Positions 50,998 through 64,000 are shown, numbered from the stretch's first letter. The stretch is DNA of 64,000 nt from Macrostomum lignano (GCA_002269645.1 NIVC01003620.1:1-64000); one strand, 5' to 3'. Translations and numbers: made by a program. Notes: generated by a model not told the origin, from the letters alone.

Positions 50998-53900
50998 TTA
51001 ATGCGTGGTGGAGGCCAGATGATGCCGGCGGCAGCGCAGACACACGGTTGAGTCGCGCGCCATTCTACTCGGCAGTAGGATAGTTCGAGCGCGAAATGTG
51101 CGACTCCGCCGACGTTCCAAGCTCTGCTGCCGGCCGGAGTTGCAGTCTAAGTCAGGCAGCACGGTGTTCATGCGCTCCAGGTCTCGTAGGGTCTCCTTCA
51201 CCTCCTCCGGCAGGATCTGATGAGTGAGAATGTCCCTGAGCATGGCGGCTGTGCTCTCCCGTTTCTCAGAGGCGGTCAGCTGTTCGTGAACGCTGTAACC
51301 AACTGGGTCGACGCGACCCTCATTTGGAATATCAGCCGCTGCCGCTGTTAACCTGCTGACTGCTCCGGCTTTGACGGCCGGGTCAATGGGTGGTAGCGCT
51401 GATTGCTTCTGCTGCTGGTGCTGCTTGTGTGGCTTCTGCGATCTTTGCGATGATGATGGGGGCCTGCTACTGTTTAACTCGCTGCTGCTGCTGCCCAGGT
51501 TGCTGTTGTTGCTGACCGGTTCGCGCTGGCGTTGGGCGCTGCGCGATTCTGACCTTATTTGACCCTGAGCGAATTGCGAAACGTTACCAATTGCATCTCG
51601 CGCTTTCGAAGCAGCGCCCTCAGCTCTTTGTACTCCTCCAGGGTGTAGGTGCGCTCGTGCTCTCGCTGCGGGCAATTTTGGGTAAAGTTGTTAGAGAGCT
51701 TGATCGCTACCAAAGGTGCTGTACAGGTACAGGTACACTTAATAGGAAGAAAAGCATCTTAGAAATGATTAAATAGGATACTTTCTCGAAGTAGATAGGC
51801 TTTTACGCAAAGACTAAGTTAATTGCAAGTCCTATTTAACCGTAAAAAGTCGTGAGTTGAGCAGTAAATTTTGTCATACAAGTAAAGATTAACTTTGCGT
51901 ACTCCTAATGTTAAATTACGAGCTAAATGCAGTTGTCATGTATATTTAGTCGTAATCTTACTCATGCTGTCCCGGGTGGCGAGTCACACCTGCGCGATCA
52001 AGAAGCAATGAATAAAGTCCGCAATCAGCACAAAATTTGGCGAATAAAGCCAATTGATACTACTGAAACTTTGCGCGCGCGCTAGTAGGGTGTTTCGCTT
52101 ATCGCTGCTGAAGGTTTGCAAAAACAAACGAAAAAAATTAGAAACGGGAATCACACAGGCAGGCCATTAGGGGCTGATTAGGAAATTAGAATGTGATTAG
52201 ACGCAATGCGAGTTCGGGAGGACCCTGGAAACCATGACAACCGAGACGTGTTTATCCCATACCGTCCCATCCATTCTTTCTGTACCTGCTTCGACTTGCC
52301 CCTGGCCTTGCCCTTCTTCGCTCTGCGCCTCTTTCCCTGTTGACCTGTTTCGCCCAGATTTGGCAGTCTTGTGCGACTCTGCTGATGAAGCTGCTGCTGA
52401 TGACCAATACTGCTGCCGCTAGCCTCTCCGAGCGGCAGGTCAGCGGCGGTTTCCTCTTTGACAAGCGGCGGCTGATCAAACTGCGGCTCGCCAGAGATAA
52501 TTGGCGCGCTGCTCGGTCTAATAGCCGTCTTGGCTGCCGCCACTGCTGGCGGGGTCGGCTGCGGAGGCCGGTCTGGGGTGTGGCAGCGGGGAGAGGGGTG
52601 AGAGGGATAGAGAGGCACTAGAATGACTAGATTCTAGTGAATGTACACTGTTGGGCAGTAAGTGTACATTGACCCAGGATTTTCTCTACCCCCTTTCCGT
52701 GCAAATCTAACTGCTTGTTTTGATGCTAGAGGGTCTTTCCTGCCCTTTAGACGCCCTCTTACCCTTGTACATTAAACTCTGTACATTATGTCGGCGGCAT
52801 TAAGTGAACAATGGCCAGCATCGTTCAATTTATTTTTTACGCCCGGCTCACTCCCAGTCTTTTCTACCCATACGCCGATTTAACGTATGTACATTGATGT
52901 AAATTGATGTAAATTGATCCTATTACCCCCTTTCCTTTCTACTACATATTTACTAATATAAACTTTCAGTTTAAATTACTTTAGCTAGTATGCTTGTTAA
53001 GATTAACAACAATAATAACTGAGCCAAAAAGTACATTGTCAAACAATCTTTAATTCCATAAACTAACTATAAGGTTATTCTTGCATTTAAAATTCCTGTT
53101 TACAGAGCATTTTTCCTTGTTTAAAAATTGTTTAATTGTTTCCCTTTTTGGCGCTTATTTAACTTAGCTTTAATTTATGAACAAGCTATTTATGGTAAGC
53201 TTACAGGAGATAATTAAAATTAAATTGTTCGACTCCGATACAAAATTACCAGTAATAATAAAACAACGATGATTGATTGATTAGGCAACAGCAACTAGCT
53301 ACTAGTTTTGTCATGATATTGTCAACAATAATGTGCGCAATTGGTCTGGTAGCACTTTGCTGCTTCATGGGACAATTGGTAAATTAGCATGCCAATAAAA
53401 GTATACAGGTATACAGTACCCGTAATTCTGCTGCCTGAGACCGCCGCCGCCGCCGCCGTGAGCTGCTGCTCCCCAGCCTGCCGCCCCGCCTGCCAGAGCC
53501 AACAGTGGCGGCATTGACGCTGTCCTCGGACGCAGGAAGCGACTGTTCAACTCGACAACAACTGGCGGCAGACCGGTCGGTGCCTGCAGCGACTGGCGCC
53601 CCGTGGTAGCCGGGCGTTGTCGGCGAATGGCCGGCTCCGAGAGGCGGTCTCGGCGGGCCACAATGTCTAGCAGGTGTCTCAGAAAAGCCTCTGTCGCGTT
53701 GCGAAGAGGTCGATTTATGGCGAAGGGTTGAGGGGGTCGGCGGGAGGGGGGAGCGCAAGCAGGTTAGTCACAAATGGCAAGTGATGCTTTGGTGAGCAAG
53801 CGGTTAATTATCATGCTGGTTAGTTTATAACTAAGCGCTGTTAGCGTACGCATGCACGAGCCTGCGGCAAATTTTCTTTTTTCTCTTTAGTCTTGAATTC

Positions 53901-56900
53901 GAATTCGCGCCAAAATCGACCAAGCACTTGTTGAGTGATGCCGTTGATTGCGATCAAATGGAAGTTCAAAATTTAAATCACCTATTCATACAAGTTTGAC
54001 TGTACTTTCTAATGTGTACAATGGGTATTAAATAACTTTATCAGAACAAATTGAATATAGTGGCGCGAATTCAAATTCAAAATTTAAAAAAGAAATTAAT
54101 TGTTGGTTAGTTCGCTGCTAGGGCATTTATTTTATAGCTATTAATTTAATGATATTTACGTGATTAGTAGCTCATCTCAGAATGATCATTTATTTTATTG
54201 AATTCAATTTCTGCTCTAGCTCTCGTAATTTTACCTTCATCTTGAGCTTCAATCACAGCCCTGCTCGAGCTTCCAGGCTCTTCCTCATCGTCTGGGCTGA
54301 AAAGGTGACGCAGCGTGAGACAGTGAAAGCGTGCATGTAACAAAAATTTGTTTACTGGTCATTCGTTCGGCATGCAGAGTCAGGGACCACGTGCCAGGGA
54401 CCACGTGTACTTTAAGAGATGGACATTTTGTGTTACAAGAAGTACAGAGAAGTTCTTTTATTAAAGCTGTAGCTATGTTTTTATACTACGCAGACATATT
54501 TGTTTAAATGCTATTAAATATTCGTGGAACGATTCTAAGAAATAGTTTCTTCGAAATGCTAAAAATTAAATTTAACTTTCATAGGGAAGTTTTCTTATTC
54601 TAATCTTCAAAAATTTTTCCCAATTGACGGGTACTCAACGAGCTTCTAAATTCGCCTATAGTGGTCCTTGACAACGGTGCACAGTGCTGAGAATACTCGA
54701 CTGAGTGAAATATGTACAGTCAGTGACAGCCAGTGCTCAATCATGCTCACAGGTTGGCCTGTTGCGCTTGCGCAATGGTGGTGCCGCGCGAGCTCAACCG
54801 GCTGCGCATCTCAGCCTGAGCAGTGATGAAGATTTCTTCCTCTGACTTGTAGCCCCAATCCTCTGGCTCGCTGCTGCCCAGGGTGACTCGGCGGGGCTGC
54901 TTCTTCGGCCTCATGTACACCTTCTTACCTGGGTGGATCTTGCGGTCCTCCTGCACAACGGTGGGTAGGGGGGAGGGGGTTGTTGGAAAATGCAATTGAA
55001 ATTGGCACGAGGGCACAAGTCCATGCTTTCACACGGCAGGTAGTTTGTGTGCAGTGTGTGCTGGTTCCTAGAAAATTAAGTCAAAACTAAACGACACTGC
55101 TGGCACTGAAAGCATTCGTTGGCAGTCGGGCAGGTGCGAAAGAGCTGCGGCAATTAAAAGCAAAAAAGTCTACAGAAAAAGCGTGTTGACACTGAAGCTG
55201 TCAACACAAAGGTAGCATATGTACAATTGTACATTCGGGACTGTTCGAGTGTACAAAATGATTTTTGCAGCTACCAATGGTTTCCGGTGCGCTTTAACAG
55301 TAGATTAAAATTATACATTAGTCCATCATCATCAGAGAGTCAGGTGAAAAACATTGTTCACCTCCGCCTCGGGCGGTTCCTGAGCTGTCTGAAAAATTGC
55401 CATCGGCGAAATTGGGATCACTTGATCTTCGGAAGTCTAGAAGTCTGTTAGATCCAATATTTTATTAATTAACTGCACTGTTTTAGCTTTACGATTGTTC
55501 AGTAAAATAAACCTCAGGAAAAAACTAAAAAATCGGAAGTAATTTTATTGCATTTTTACTATAAGTAGAGTAGTCAATAAAAGTTAACTATTATTAGTTT
55601 TTACGCTCGATTTGTCATCAATCCTACTGTTAGTAGAGAAGCATGAAAAATGCGCCTATTAATAAACAGTTTGAGAGCGCTTGGCTCTTTTTTACTCACG
55701 CCCCTAGCAACGCCTTCCCATTCCCAGCTTCCTCCCGCGCTCACCTCCTTGTGGAACCTGGTCATCTGCACCACCCGGGCGCCTCGCTTAGTCTGGTCGA
55801 CGTTGTCGAACCACACGCTGATCCGCCGTTCCAGGTCCACCAGGTGCTCGCTGCTGGTGTCGAAGTCCTCGAACTCGTCCAGCACCCGCCTGGCCGCCTC
55901 GTACGGGTCGTCCAGTCGGCGATGGTCGGTCGCCGCCGCGGCTCCGTCGGCACCTTCGTCGTCCGTTCCTGGCTCGTCAACGGCGAACATGGCCGCTGCG
56001 GCGGCTGGCGGCTTCCGGCCGCCCATCTTGGCCTCCTTGGCCTTCTGAGCGGCCAGCTTGCGCTCGCGCTTCATCTTGTTCCGGTAGAACACGGTGCCGG
56101 GCCCGTAGGGGTCGATCAGCGGGCCGCGGGACGGTATAAAGTGCGACATGTCCGAGTCTCTCACGTCGAAGTCGCGCTCTTTGTCGGCCTTCTGTCTGCG
56201 ACGCTCCTCGGCCCGGTGAGACTCCAAAATCCGGTGGCAGAGGTTGCGAATCAGTGGCACCTGCTTGTCGAGAGCTCGGGTGACCCGCGACATCAGCTTA
56301 GTCTCGGCTTTGCGAGCCAGAATCTCCAGCGTCTGCGCCTGGTTCCGCTTGTTCAGGACCAGCCGCTCAAAGTTCTTCGAGTCCAGAACAAAGACCTCGG
56401 TTGGTTGAACGCAGATAACGGACTGGGCGTAGGTGCTCAGGTCCATTCCGTGCTCAATGTCGCCGATCATCTCGCCTGGCCCGATCAGGGAGATTTCGAC
56501 GTGCCGCTGCGACTGCCGGTGCTCGGCGGCCGCGTAGCCTCGGCGGCGGATCGGCTTGTCCCAGAGCTGCTGGTGCCGGCGCGACTGCGACCGCTCGTCT
56601 GCCGGGTTCCTGTGTGGGATCCAGCGGTGTGGGATCTAGCGGTGTGGGATCTAGCGGTGTGGGATCCAGCGGTGTGGGATCTAGCGGTGTGGGATCCAGC
56701 GGTGTGGGATCCAGCGGTGTGGGATCTAGCGGTGTGGGATCCAGCGGTGTGGGATCTAGCGGTGTGGGATCCAGCGGTGTGGGATCTAGCGGTGTGGGAT
56801 CCAGTGGTGTGGGATCCAGCGGTGTGGGATCCAGCGGTATGGGATCCCGCGGTGTCGGATCCAGCGGTGTGGGATCCAGCGGTGTGGGTTATCCAGCGGT

Positions 56901-59900
56901 ATGGGATCCAGCGGTGTGGGATCCAGCGGTGTGGTTTATCCAGCGGTATGGGATCTAGCGGTGTGGGATCTAGCAGTGTGGGATCTAGTGGTGTGGTTTA
57001 TCCAGCGGTATGGGATCTAGCGGTGTGGGATCCAGCGGTGTGGGATCCAGCGGTGTGGGACCCAGCGGTATGGGATCCAGCGGTGTGGGATCCAGCGGTA
57101 TGGGATCCCGCGGTGTCGGATCCAGCGGTATGAGATCCAGCGGTGTGGGTTATCCAGCGGTATGGGATCCAGCGATGTGGGATCCAGCGGTGTGGTTTAT
57201 CCAGCGGTATGGGATCCAGCGATGTGGGATCCAGCGGTGTGGTTTATCCAGCGGTATGGGATCCAGCGATGTGGGATCCAGCGGTGTGGGTTATCGAGCG
57301 GTATGGGATCCAGCGGTGTGGGACCCAGCGGTGTGGGATCCAGCGGTGTGGTTTATCCAGCGGTATGGGATCCAGCGGTGTGGGACCCAGCGGTGTGGGA
57401 TCCAGCGGTGTGGTTTATCCAGCGGTGTGGGATCCAACAGTGCGTGCAGGAAGGTGTGAGACTTGTCGGTGCTAAGTAAGTAGTGTGGGACTTAATGGGA
57501 CCAAGAGAGGAGTGCGCCGGCTATAACGGGATCAAGAGTGTGGAATCTAGTTCGCTTACAGTGAAAATAAAGAAGAGTCTATTATATAATAGCTTACAGA
57601 TCTGTTTGGGAATTTCTGAATATTTCTCTCCCAAATGCTTTGTGCATCCCATTATTGCGGATCCCAGGTGAAGCGGCAGAGCGGCAAGGGGAGAGAGAGA
57701 TCAAAGCCGGCATCAGTGGCATCAATGGTTTTACAATCAATTCAAATGAGAACAATTCTTATAGCTTTTTTTAGCCAGCTCAAAGCTAGGGGTCTCATCG
57801 ATTGAGCTTGTTTATTAAATAGGATGCTGAATAGAATTTGAGCTGCATCCCGGATGTGCCGAGCTCTTTGTGATGAAGAATCTCTCCCCAAACCCTTAGT
57901 GTGCGTTTCATTCGACTATAGAAAGTGAAAAATGATTTTAAGGGCATTTAAAAACTTCAGTCTAACTTCAAACTTCAGTCTATAAAAAAATTCGGTTACA
58001 TATATGTATTTTGTATCATCCTAAATCATTCTAAATCATCCTAAATCATTCTAAATCATCCTAAATCATTCTAAATCAAATCATTCTAAATCATCCTAAA
58101 TCATTCTAAATCATCCTAAATCATTCTAAATCATCCTTCATCCTAAATCATTCTAAATCATCCTAAATCATTCTAAACCGTAAATCATTCTAAATCATCC
58201 TAAATTATCCTAAATCATCATCCTAAATCATTCAAAATCATTCTAAATCATAAATCATCCTAAATCATTATAAATCATTCTAAATCATTCTAAATCATCC
58301 TAAATCATCCTAAATCATTCTAAATCATCCTAAATCATCCTAAATCATTCTAAATCATCCTAAATCATCCTAAATCATTCTAAATCATTCTAAATCATCC
58401 TAAATCATTCAAAATCATTCTAAATCATCCTAAATCATTCTAAATCATTCTAAATTAATCATCCTAAATCATCCTAAATCATTCTAAATAAATCATCCTA
58501 AATCATCCTAAATCATTCTAAGTCATTATAAATCATCCTAAATCATTCTATCCGTTCTAAATCATTCTAAACCATTCAGTATGGTAGTTCATGTATAGAA
58601 GGCTAAAATGGTAGAAAAAATGTGCTTTTTAGAGGACAACCCGCTTTGAAATGATGCAATTTTTAAGGCCTAATGCCTGATCAAAACACATTACCGAGAC
58701 TGCATTAGATACGCTTGTAGTTTAATAGTACGTAGGATAGAACCTATAGAGAAAAGATGCATGCAATAATTCTAGGATACTCGTATTAGTTATAAATGTA
58801 AGATTTGAAGTGCGCGGAAAAATGAATGGAAAGGAAAGGAAAGTTATGTAATAAAAAGACGGTTTTATTACCATCGATTGTAGCCAGCGTATCTGACGGA
58901 ATTTCTGATTCCATATTTTCTTGAATGTGAGGTTTTTTCGGTTAACAGTGTGGTGGTGGTAAATACTATAGCCAATAGGGTTGTTAATTTGGGCTTCAAT
59001 AGTAATGTTAGTAAAGCTAGTTTATAGTGCTTATACAGCTTTAATGACTTATACCCTCCACCCATCCGCTGCTTCAGTGACCCTGAACCCTAAACTCTTC
59101 TCATTGTACTTTTATTAGTTTGCTTTTTGAAAAAATGAAGTAATTATTTCATTAGAAAAACTCACTGCTCCATCAGCTTGCCCATGATCTCCCGCTGCTG
59201 CAGATCCTCTGGACTGTCGTGCAAATGCAGCTGCGGATATTGGCTGTAGTGCTGGATTATGTCAACAACCAGTTTGGCTTGACCACTGTATTTGAGGTGC
59301 AATCAATTCAGGAATTACGGGTTCTGTATCTCTGCACGCTGTGGCTATCATTTGCACAAGATTCTCTATCCCTTCCAAGTCTCTGATTGGCTAGCACTGG
59401 TTTCTGTATCTCTTCAAACTGTAGCTATCAGTTGCGCAAGATCCTCTATCCCTTCCCAGTCTCTGATTGGCTGGCACTAGTTTCTGATTTCTTCACATTG
59501 TAGCTATCAGTTGCGCAAGATTCCCTATCCCTTCCTAGTCTCTGATTGGCTGCTGCATTTGAAGCTTGTATATAAAACGGCATAGAAAACTCTCAATGGC
59601 ATAGAAAGGAGTCAGCGCACCTGAGAATAAAATAGAGCCCATTCAGCGCATCGCCCTGCTTCGCAATTGTCATTTCGAAGTTGAACATCTCCTTCCGCAG
59701 ACTCATGGCCGCTTGCCGCTTGTACCTAGCCAGCCAATTGTCAAACACCGGACACTTGTTCACAAAATCGATTCGCTCCTTGAACTCGGCCTCTTGAACG
59801 GCCTTTAGCGACCGATTGTACAGAGCTCTGTTCACCACAATCAGCCTGGTGGTCTCGTCTGCGATGATGGACGCGTTACGGACGCAGTCTTTGTTGATCA

Positions 59901-62823
59901 GGGCCAGCTCGCCGAAACCTCTGCCCGCGCCTGAGGGTAAAAATTAACGATTCATCAACTAGCCTTTCGTCAACGACCTCCAAGTTAATTGCTGAAGGTC
60001 ATCTGACATTTCTCTGAATATCTCTCCTATTTTACTCTACTTTCCGCTCTCTACTTCCGCTCTCAGCCTCCGTTTTCTCATTCATTTCCGCTCTCACTGC
60101 AGCCGGCACTCACCGAAGCTGACAATGTACTTCCCGTACTTGGTCCGGTCCAGTTCTTTCTTTTCTCCGCTAGCCGCGTCGCTGCTGTCGTCGACCAGCA
60201 CCTGCGCCTCAGTTGGATCGTCCGGCACCGCCTCCGTGTTGATGTAAACACTGACTTTGCCGGTGAGGCAAATGTAGAAACTGATGGGATGGATATTGCG
60301 GCGTTTCAGTTGAAGGTCAACAGCCAGTAAATCTGTCCCACTCTGTGCCTCTCAATCCCCTCTGCCGCTGCCTCTCTCCAATCTACCTCTCCCTCTCCCC
60401 CTGCCTCTCCCTCTCCCCTCTGCCTCTCCCTCTCTCCCCCTGCCTCTCCGTCTCTCCCCCTGCCTCTCCCTCTCTCCCTCCTGCCTCTCCCTCTCTCCCC
60501 TGCCTCTCCGTCTCTCCCCCTGCCTCTCCCTCTCTCCCTCCTGCCTCTCCCTCTCTCCCATCTACCTCTCTCTCTCCCCTCTGCCTCTCCCTCTCTCCCA
60601 TCTGCCTCTCCCTCTTCCCTCTGCCTCTCCCTCTCTCCCCTGCCTCTCCGTCTCTCCCCCTGCCTCTCCCTCTCTCCCTCCTGCCTCTCCCTCTCTCCCA
60701 TCTACCTCTCTCTCTCCCCTCTGCCTCTCCCTCTCTCCCATCTGCCTCTCCCTCTTCCCTCTGCCTCTCCCTCTCCCCCTGCCTCTCCCTCTCTCCCGTC
60801 AACCTCTCCCTCTCTCCCCTCTGCCTCTCCCTCTTCCCTCTGCCTCTCCCTCTCCCCCTGCCTCTCCCTCTCTCCCGTCAACCTCTCCCTCTCTCCCCTC
60901 TGCCTCTCCCTCTCTCCCCTGCCTCTCCCTCTCTCCCGTCTGCCGCTCCCTCTCCCATCTGCCTCTCCCTCTCTCCCATCTGCCTCTCCCTCTCTCCCCT
61001 CTGTCTCACCAGTCTCCTTGGTCTCCCTGTCGAATGATGACGTCATCGCGTGGACTCTCGCGAAATTCGCAATTTCTCAAAATATCTTTAGCCACATCTG
61101 CAGTTAGGAAAGTGGAGTTAAAAGCAAATTAAGAGTGCTGTTGTCGATTGGCCTTGCACTTTATGTGGGTGAAAACACCACCCCCCTTGTCACAATTGAT
61201 TTTATTGTCGCCGTCAACCCCGTGTTTGGCTGCAGATTACGACTGAGACAAGCACTGGCTCATTCCGGCCTGGCGACTGCAATCCCATGCTTAGGGAATA
61301 TGTATTATGCATTAGGTTGATGGCCAAAAGCCTCACAATGGATTTATAGAGTGGCTCATTTCCGGTGCGGGGCAACTCAGCTCAACTCTCTTTCACTGCT
61401 CAGTTTCTCCCCGCCGGGGGGGGGGGCGATGTGACAGCGCAGACGGTGCAGATAGCCGCTTCCCAACGGTCGGTCAGGTGCCGCCTGGGTGAAGCTGAAG
61501 GCCCCCCATCACTGAAGCTGGGTTAATAAGCGATGAAGCTAAGATGATTTATAAATGTGGTGGTTGCTGGGACCAAGGGCAGGCATGCGCACGGCAGTAT
61601 GGGCATGCAGTGCTCAGACGTATTTTTTTACTCAAGCATACGAGCGCCAACGTGCCAAACAGCGGGTTGCCATGGCAACTGCTGGCTTAGTGCGGAAGGG
61701 AATCGCTGAGTCAGTGAATCTCAGTCAGTCAGTCAGTCAGGGATCAGTTGCCACGGGAGCCAGTCTCCTCCCCTCTCCGGCTCCGAGACAATTACCTTGA
61801 GCACACAAAGGACGCGGCTGCTCATGCTGCAGGGTCTGTACTCTGATTTTCTAACTGCTTTTTTAGAAGCACAGAAGGAGGCAGTTTCGTGATGAGGCAG
61901 GATTTATTTTATAGTCGATTAATTCCTTATTCCAAGCTCCTCTATTTGAGGAGTTGATTGAGATGGAAGGTAATGAGCGATGAATATTTGCCAATCTCTC
62001 TCTTAGTGGCTGGGTGTGAGAAATGTAAATTCAGCCCGGTGAGCGTGTTTGCCTAATGAAAATTTATACAGTGACTACTCAATAGGGAAGGAGTGCGAGT
62101 TCTCTCAGGTTCTCCAGGTAAGTGGTGCAAGAATTCAGAATTGAGGAGGGATTCACAAAGTTGAGAAACGTATGATTAAAGTTGAGAAGCGCATGAAGCC
62201 TATGACCAAAGTTAAGTAGCCTATGACCAAAGTTAAGTAGCCTATGACCAAAGTTAAGTAGCCTATGACCAAAGTTAAGAAGCTTATGACCAAAGTTAAG
62301 AAGGGTATGACCATGTTGAGAAGCTTATGACCATAGTTGAGAAGCGTATGACCAAAGTTGAGAAGCGTATGACTAAATTTGAGAAGAGTTTGGCCAAAAT
62401 TACAAAGCATATGATCAAAGTTGAAAAGTCACGAGTAATGACCAAAGTTAAGAAGCCTATGACCAAAAGTAAGAAGCGTGTAATGACCAAAGTTGAGAAG
62501 CTTATGAGCAAAGTTACTTGTAAGAAACCTATGACCAAATTTAAGTAGCATATGACCAAAGTTAAAAAGCCTATATGACCAAAGTTAAGAGCTGATGACC
62601 AAAGTTGAGAAACCTATGACCAAAGTTAAGAAACTCTGACCAATAGCGCACAGTATAGTTGAAGTCAAACAGTTCAATAAATAATTTCAGATAAACAATA
62701 TTTACCTGGCTTAATCTTCAACGGGCACTTCGTTAGAAACCAGCCGACCAGTTCGTTCAGTTCCGAGTCGTGCCGCTGCACAGGCGGCTTGCTGATGCAC
62801 TCAACTATCTGCTCCAGCGACAT
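50998..62823 (-). CDS. Protein with two cyclic-nucleotide-binding domains (CNBD1/CNBD2-like) and a long low-complexity C-terminus
   Basis: Minus-strand exons 62823-62706, 61098-61010, 60280-60114, 59930-59621, 59285-59166, 56609-55745, 54950-54751, 54296-54235, 53666-53420, 52572-52286, 51718-50998. CNB motifs DVIIRQGDQGDCFYICLTGKV, GFGELALINKDCVRNASIIA, IAKQGDALNGLYFILSGQAKL, GPGEMIGDIE. The central junctions are phase-consistent. A 1-nt shift in exon 2 and the last 2-3 junctions are unresolved. Confidence 0.8.
53893..54080. mobile_element. Small MITE-like element, 20-bp TIR
   Basis: TTGAATTCGAATTCGCGCCA (53893-53912) versus TGGCGCGAATTCAAATTCAA (54061-54080), one mismatch; no TSD resolved. 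Confidence 0.45.
56612..57437. repeat. 15-bp minisatellite (GTGTGGGATCCAGCG)
   Basis: About 50 copies running up to the exon acceptor at 56610. Confidence 0.95.
58014..58575. repeat. 10-bp minisatellite (CTAAATCATT/CTAAATCATC)
   Basis: About 55 copies. Confidence 0.95.
59321..59552. repeat. ~80-bp tandem triplication, each unit containing CTGATTGGCT
   Basis: CTCTATCCCTTCC..GTCTCTGATTGGCT at ~59364, ~59444, ~59523. Confidence 0.8.
60345..61005. repeat. ~20-bp CT-rich minisatellite (CTGCCTCTCCCTCTCTCCCC)
   Basis: Fills intron 61009-60281 of the CNB gene. Confidence 0.95.
61666..61679. promoter_or_regulatory. Perfect palindromic RFX X-box
   Basis: GTTGCCATGGCAAC; partial second site GTTGCCACGG at 61748. 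Confidence 0.6.
62160..62642. repeat. ~21-bp minisatellite (GCCTATGACCAAAGTTAAGTA)
   Basis: About 22 degenerate copies in intron 1 of the CNB gene. Confidence 0.9.
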
Positions 62824-64000
62824 GGCCGAGATTCAGTCGGGTGCGGAGTGATTCTTGACTGCAGGACTGGTGCTTCCCCTTGGCTGCCGCTTGTCAGGTC
62901 GGGGCAGGCAAACAGGCAGAGTTTGCAGTGGCCGCCACTATTGCGGCTTCTCTTGTTATGTAGCCGCTGCCTCTTTACGGTGCCTCATCTCGCCTTCTCT
63001 CCCCCCACCCAACTCCTAGCCGTCCCCCTTAGTAACCGGGGCTTGACAACTGTATTGGCGGCCAATAAAAGATGAGGCGGCTGCACTGCCTCTATAACTG
63101 AATCTTTTTAGAGAGAGTAGCAATTGGAGTGCTGGGGAGTGCGGGCGGCAAGGCAGGGGCAGAGAGCTGAGAGGGTGCGAGCATGCAGTGAACTCAGGGC
63201 CTCAGTGGATAGCTGAATAACTGCTGCAGGCTCTTCTTCATTGTGACATTGTGCTACCCGCAGATAAAATTGAGAACAATACAATAATATGACACGCTGC
63301 CGAAATGCACTGGCCATGCAGAAGCTAATAGTTTTTGTCTACTGCCGTATCTAATAGTTTATTATTGTCAATAAATCTTGCCTGCACCTGGGCTGTACCT
63401 GCTGGGCGTTCGGGCGAAAAACGAAGGCTCTGCTTTTGCACTCAAGTAGGCACTATACCTGAGCAATGTACTGCTGAAAACAGCCTATATAAGAGTAGAA
63501 ATATTAATTAAATATAATTATTAATTTTAGTAATTAGTAAATCAATACTCATCAATATCATACGCCAGAGCAGACGATCTGAGCAGTGCAGGGCGCTCCC
63601 TACCTGGCCAAAAACAAATTGAAACCATAAAATATTGAACTGCGACTTGACAGGTTTATTGCCTGAACCGACTCGGGTCCTGGCCCAGTTCATTTTTTAT
63701 ATATTTCTCTCTCTCCCTCTCTCCGACTCAAGTCGCACCTGCAATGAATTTTTTTTAGTCAAGAGTGTTTTATGGCTTTCATTTTTTTGGGCTAGATCTC
63801 GAACTCTTACTGAACTTCAAAGTGGCGCAAGTTTACTTTGAAGTCTGGGATGGAGCTTAAATAAAATGCTGCACCTCGAGAGCAATAAACTTTTCAGTGA
63901 AATTGAGAAGCCTGAGGCTGGGTTCGAAACGAATTTGAACTCGCGCTAATTTTTTATTTGGAAGGATAAAAGTAAAGCTAGTTCCTTTGTGAATAAATAT

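Noticed and set aside
55643-57133. 496-aa plus-strand ORF
   Set aside because: Antisense to a CNB-gene exon plus the 15-bp minisatellite
63108-63317. 69-aa minus-strand ORF upstream of the CNB gene
   Set aside because: No motif or convincing splice linkage to the downstream gene

Overview
Eukaryotic (metazoan) genomic DNA with CpG-rich exons and introns largely filled by micro- and minisatellites. The style is most consistent with a free-living flatworm such as Macrostomum; this is an inference and was not verified. Spliced models were built by hand and checked for GT-AG signals and codon phase. (1) 3' end of a Cys-loop anion-channel subunit (1-481, frameshifted). (2) A probable four-exon ankyrin + Mab-21/cGAS-like receptor (cGLR) fusion (2328-10097) whose catalytic DxD reads NxN. 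(3) A 13-exon RING/B-box/B-box/coiled-coil/5xTudor gene, RNF17/Qin-like, piRNA pathway (15883-37240). (4) A three-exon Ly6/uPAR-like secreted or GPI-anchored protein (48044-49121). (5) A minus-strand gene with two cyclic-nucleotide-binding domains (62823-50998) and a perfect RFX X-box in intron 1. Mobile DNA includes a 2.1-kb TA-flanked CCC..GGG DNA transposon inside a minisatellite, a disabled RTE-clade LINE inside (GTTA)n, a truncated CCHC-type LINE tail with an 11-bp TSD, MITEs, a SINE-like element and a tRNA-Arg relic. The most interesting signals are the ANK-cGLR pseudo-enzyme model, a 38-bp satellite whose unit looks like a 37-nt mini-intron plus 1 nt, and strong CpG-decay signatures. 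Many long ORFs in the supplied track are translations of tandem repeats. Several 1-nt frameshifts may be assembly errors.
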